A DNA stretch of 64,000 bases, taken from NCBI GenBank assembly GCA_965197475.1, contig CBDANF010000003.1:2496001-2560000 (forward strand). Direction: 5' to 3'. Positions 63,843 through 64,000 of this stretch are shown here, piece by piece. Below the pieces are notes generated by a model, which saw only the letters and a program-made list of their open reading frames with translations, searched no databases and was not told the origin of the DNA. The translations under genes and the position numbers were made by a program. Position 1 is the stretch's first letter. The number at the start of each line of letters is the position of its first letter. This DNA comes from Candidatus Poribacteria bacterium (GTDB taxonomy: Bacteria > Poribacteria > WGA-4E > WGA-3G).

Positions 63843-64000
63843 GAAAATTCTCCCCTTTTTAGGTTTGTAGATTGTTTTCCGCTCTTATCTATAATTTACT
63901 ATATTTCAGCCGACACCCTGCTCACATTTAAAAAGAAGAGGGTATCCCTGGTGACCAAACCAAAACACCCAATTTACACTGGATATGGGATACCCGTAGT

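Overview
Bacterial chromosomal window, most likely from Candidatus Poribacteria or a relative. This is inferred from the internalin-type LRR/cadherin giant protein with an 'NPFNPETWIPY' C-terminus, the tandem WD40 proteins and a 'KLVLTWANLK' C-terminal motif. Housekeeping blocks (mnmG-rsmG; tRNA cluster-tadA-large SRP RNA-dnaX-ybaB-recR; glyA-folC-hppA-ilvD; rluA; comEC) alternate with accessory genes, pseudogenes and many small repeats. Two observations stand out. (1) An 82-nt RNA gene (30508-30589, minus strand) consists of only the tmRNA tRNA-like domain: G3-U70 Ala acceptor stem, stemless D-loop, helix 2a and T-arm, with its own promoter and no mRNA/tag domain. (2) A 2.0-kb element bounded by 13-bp inverted repeats encodes just two coupled DUF1670-like proteins plus a promoter-flanked hairpin-rich non-coding segment, with no recognisable transposase. 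Also present: a ~305-bp inverted duplication 22 kb apart that ends exactly at an IS5 remnant, a MITE-interrupted and 5'-truncated decarboxylase, a degenerate primase-helicase fusion with one in-frame TGA, and disrupted STT3-like, ECF sigma and GmrSD genes. All family assignments come from motif recognition by eye; no database searches were run.
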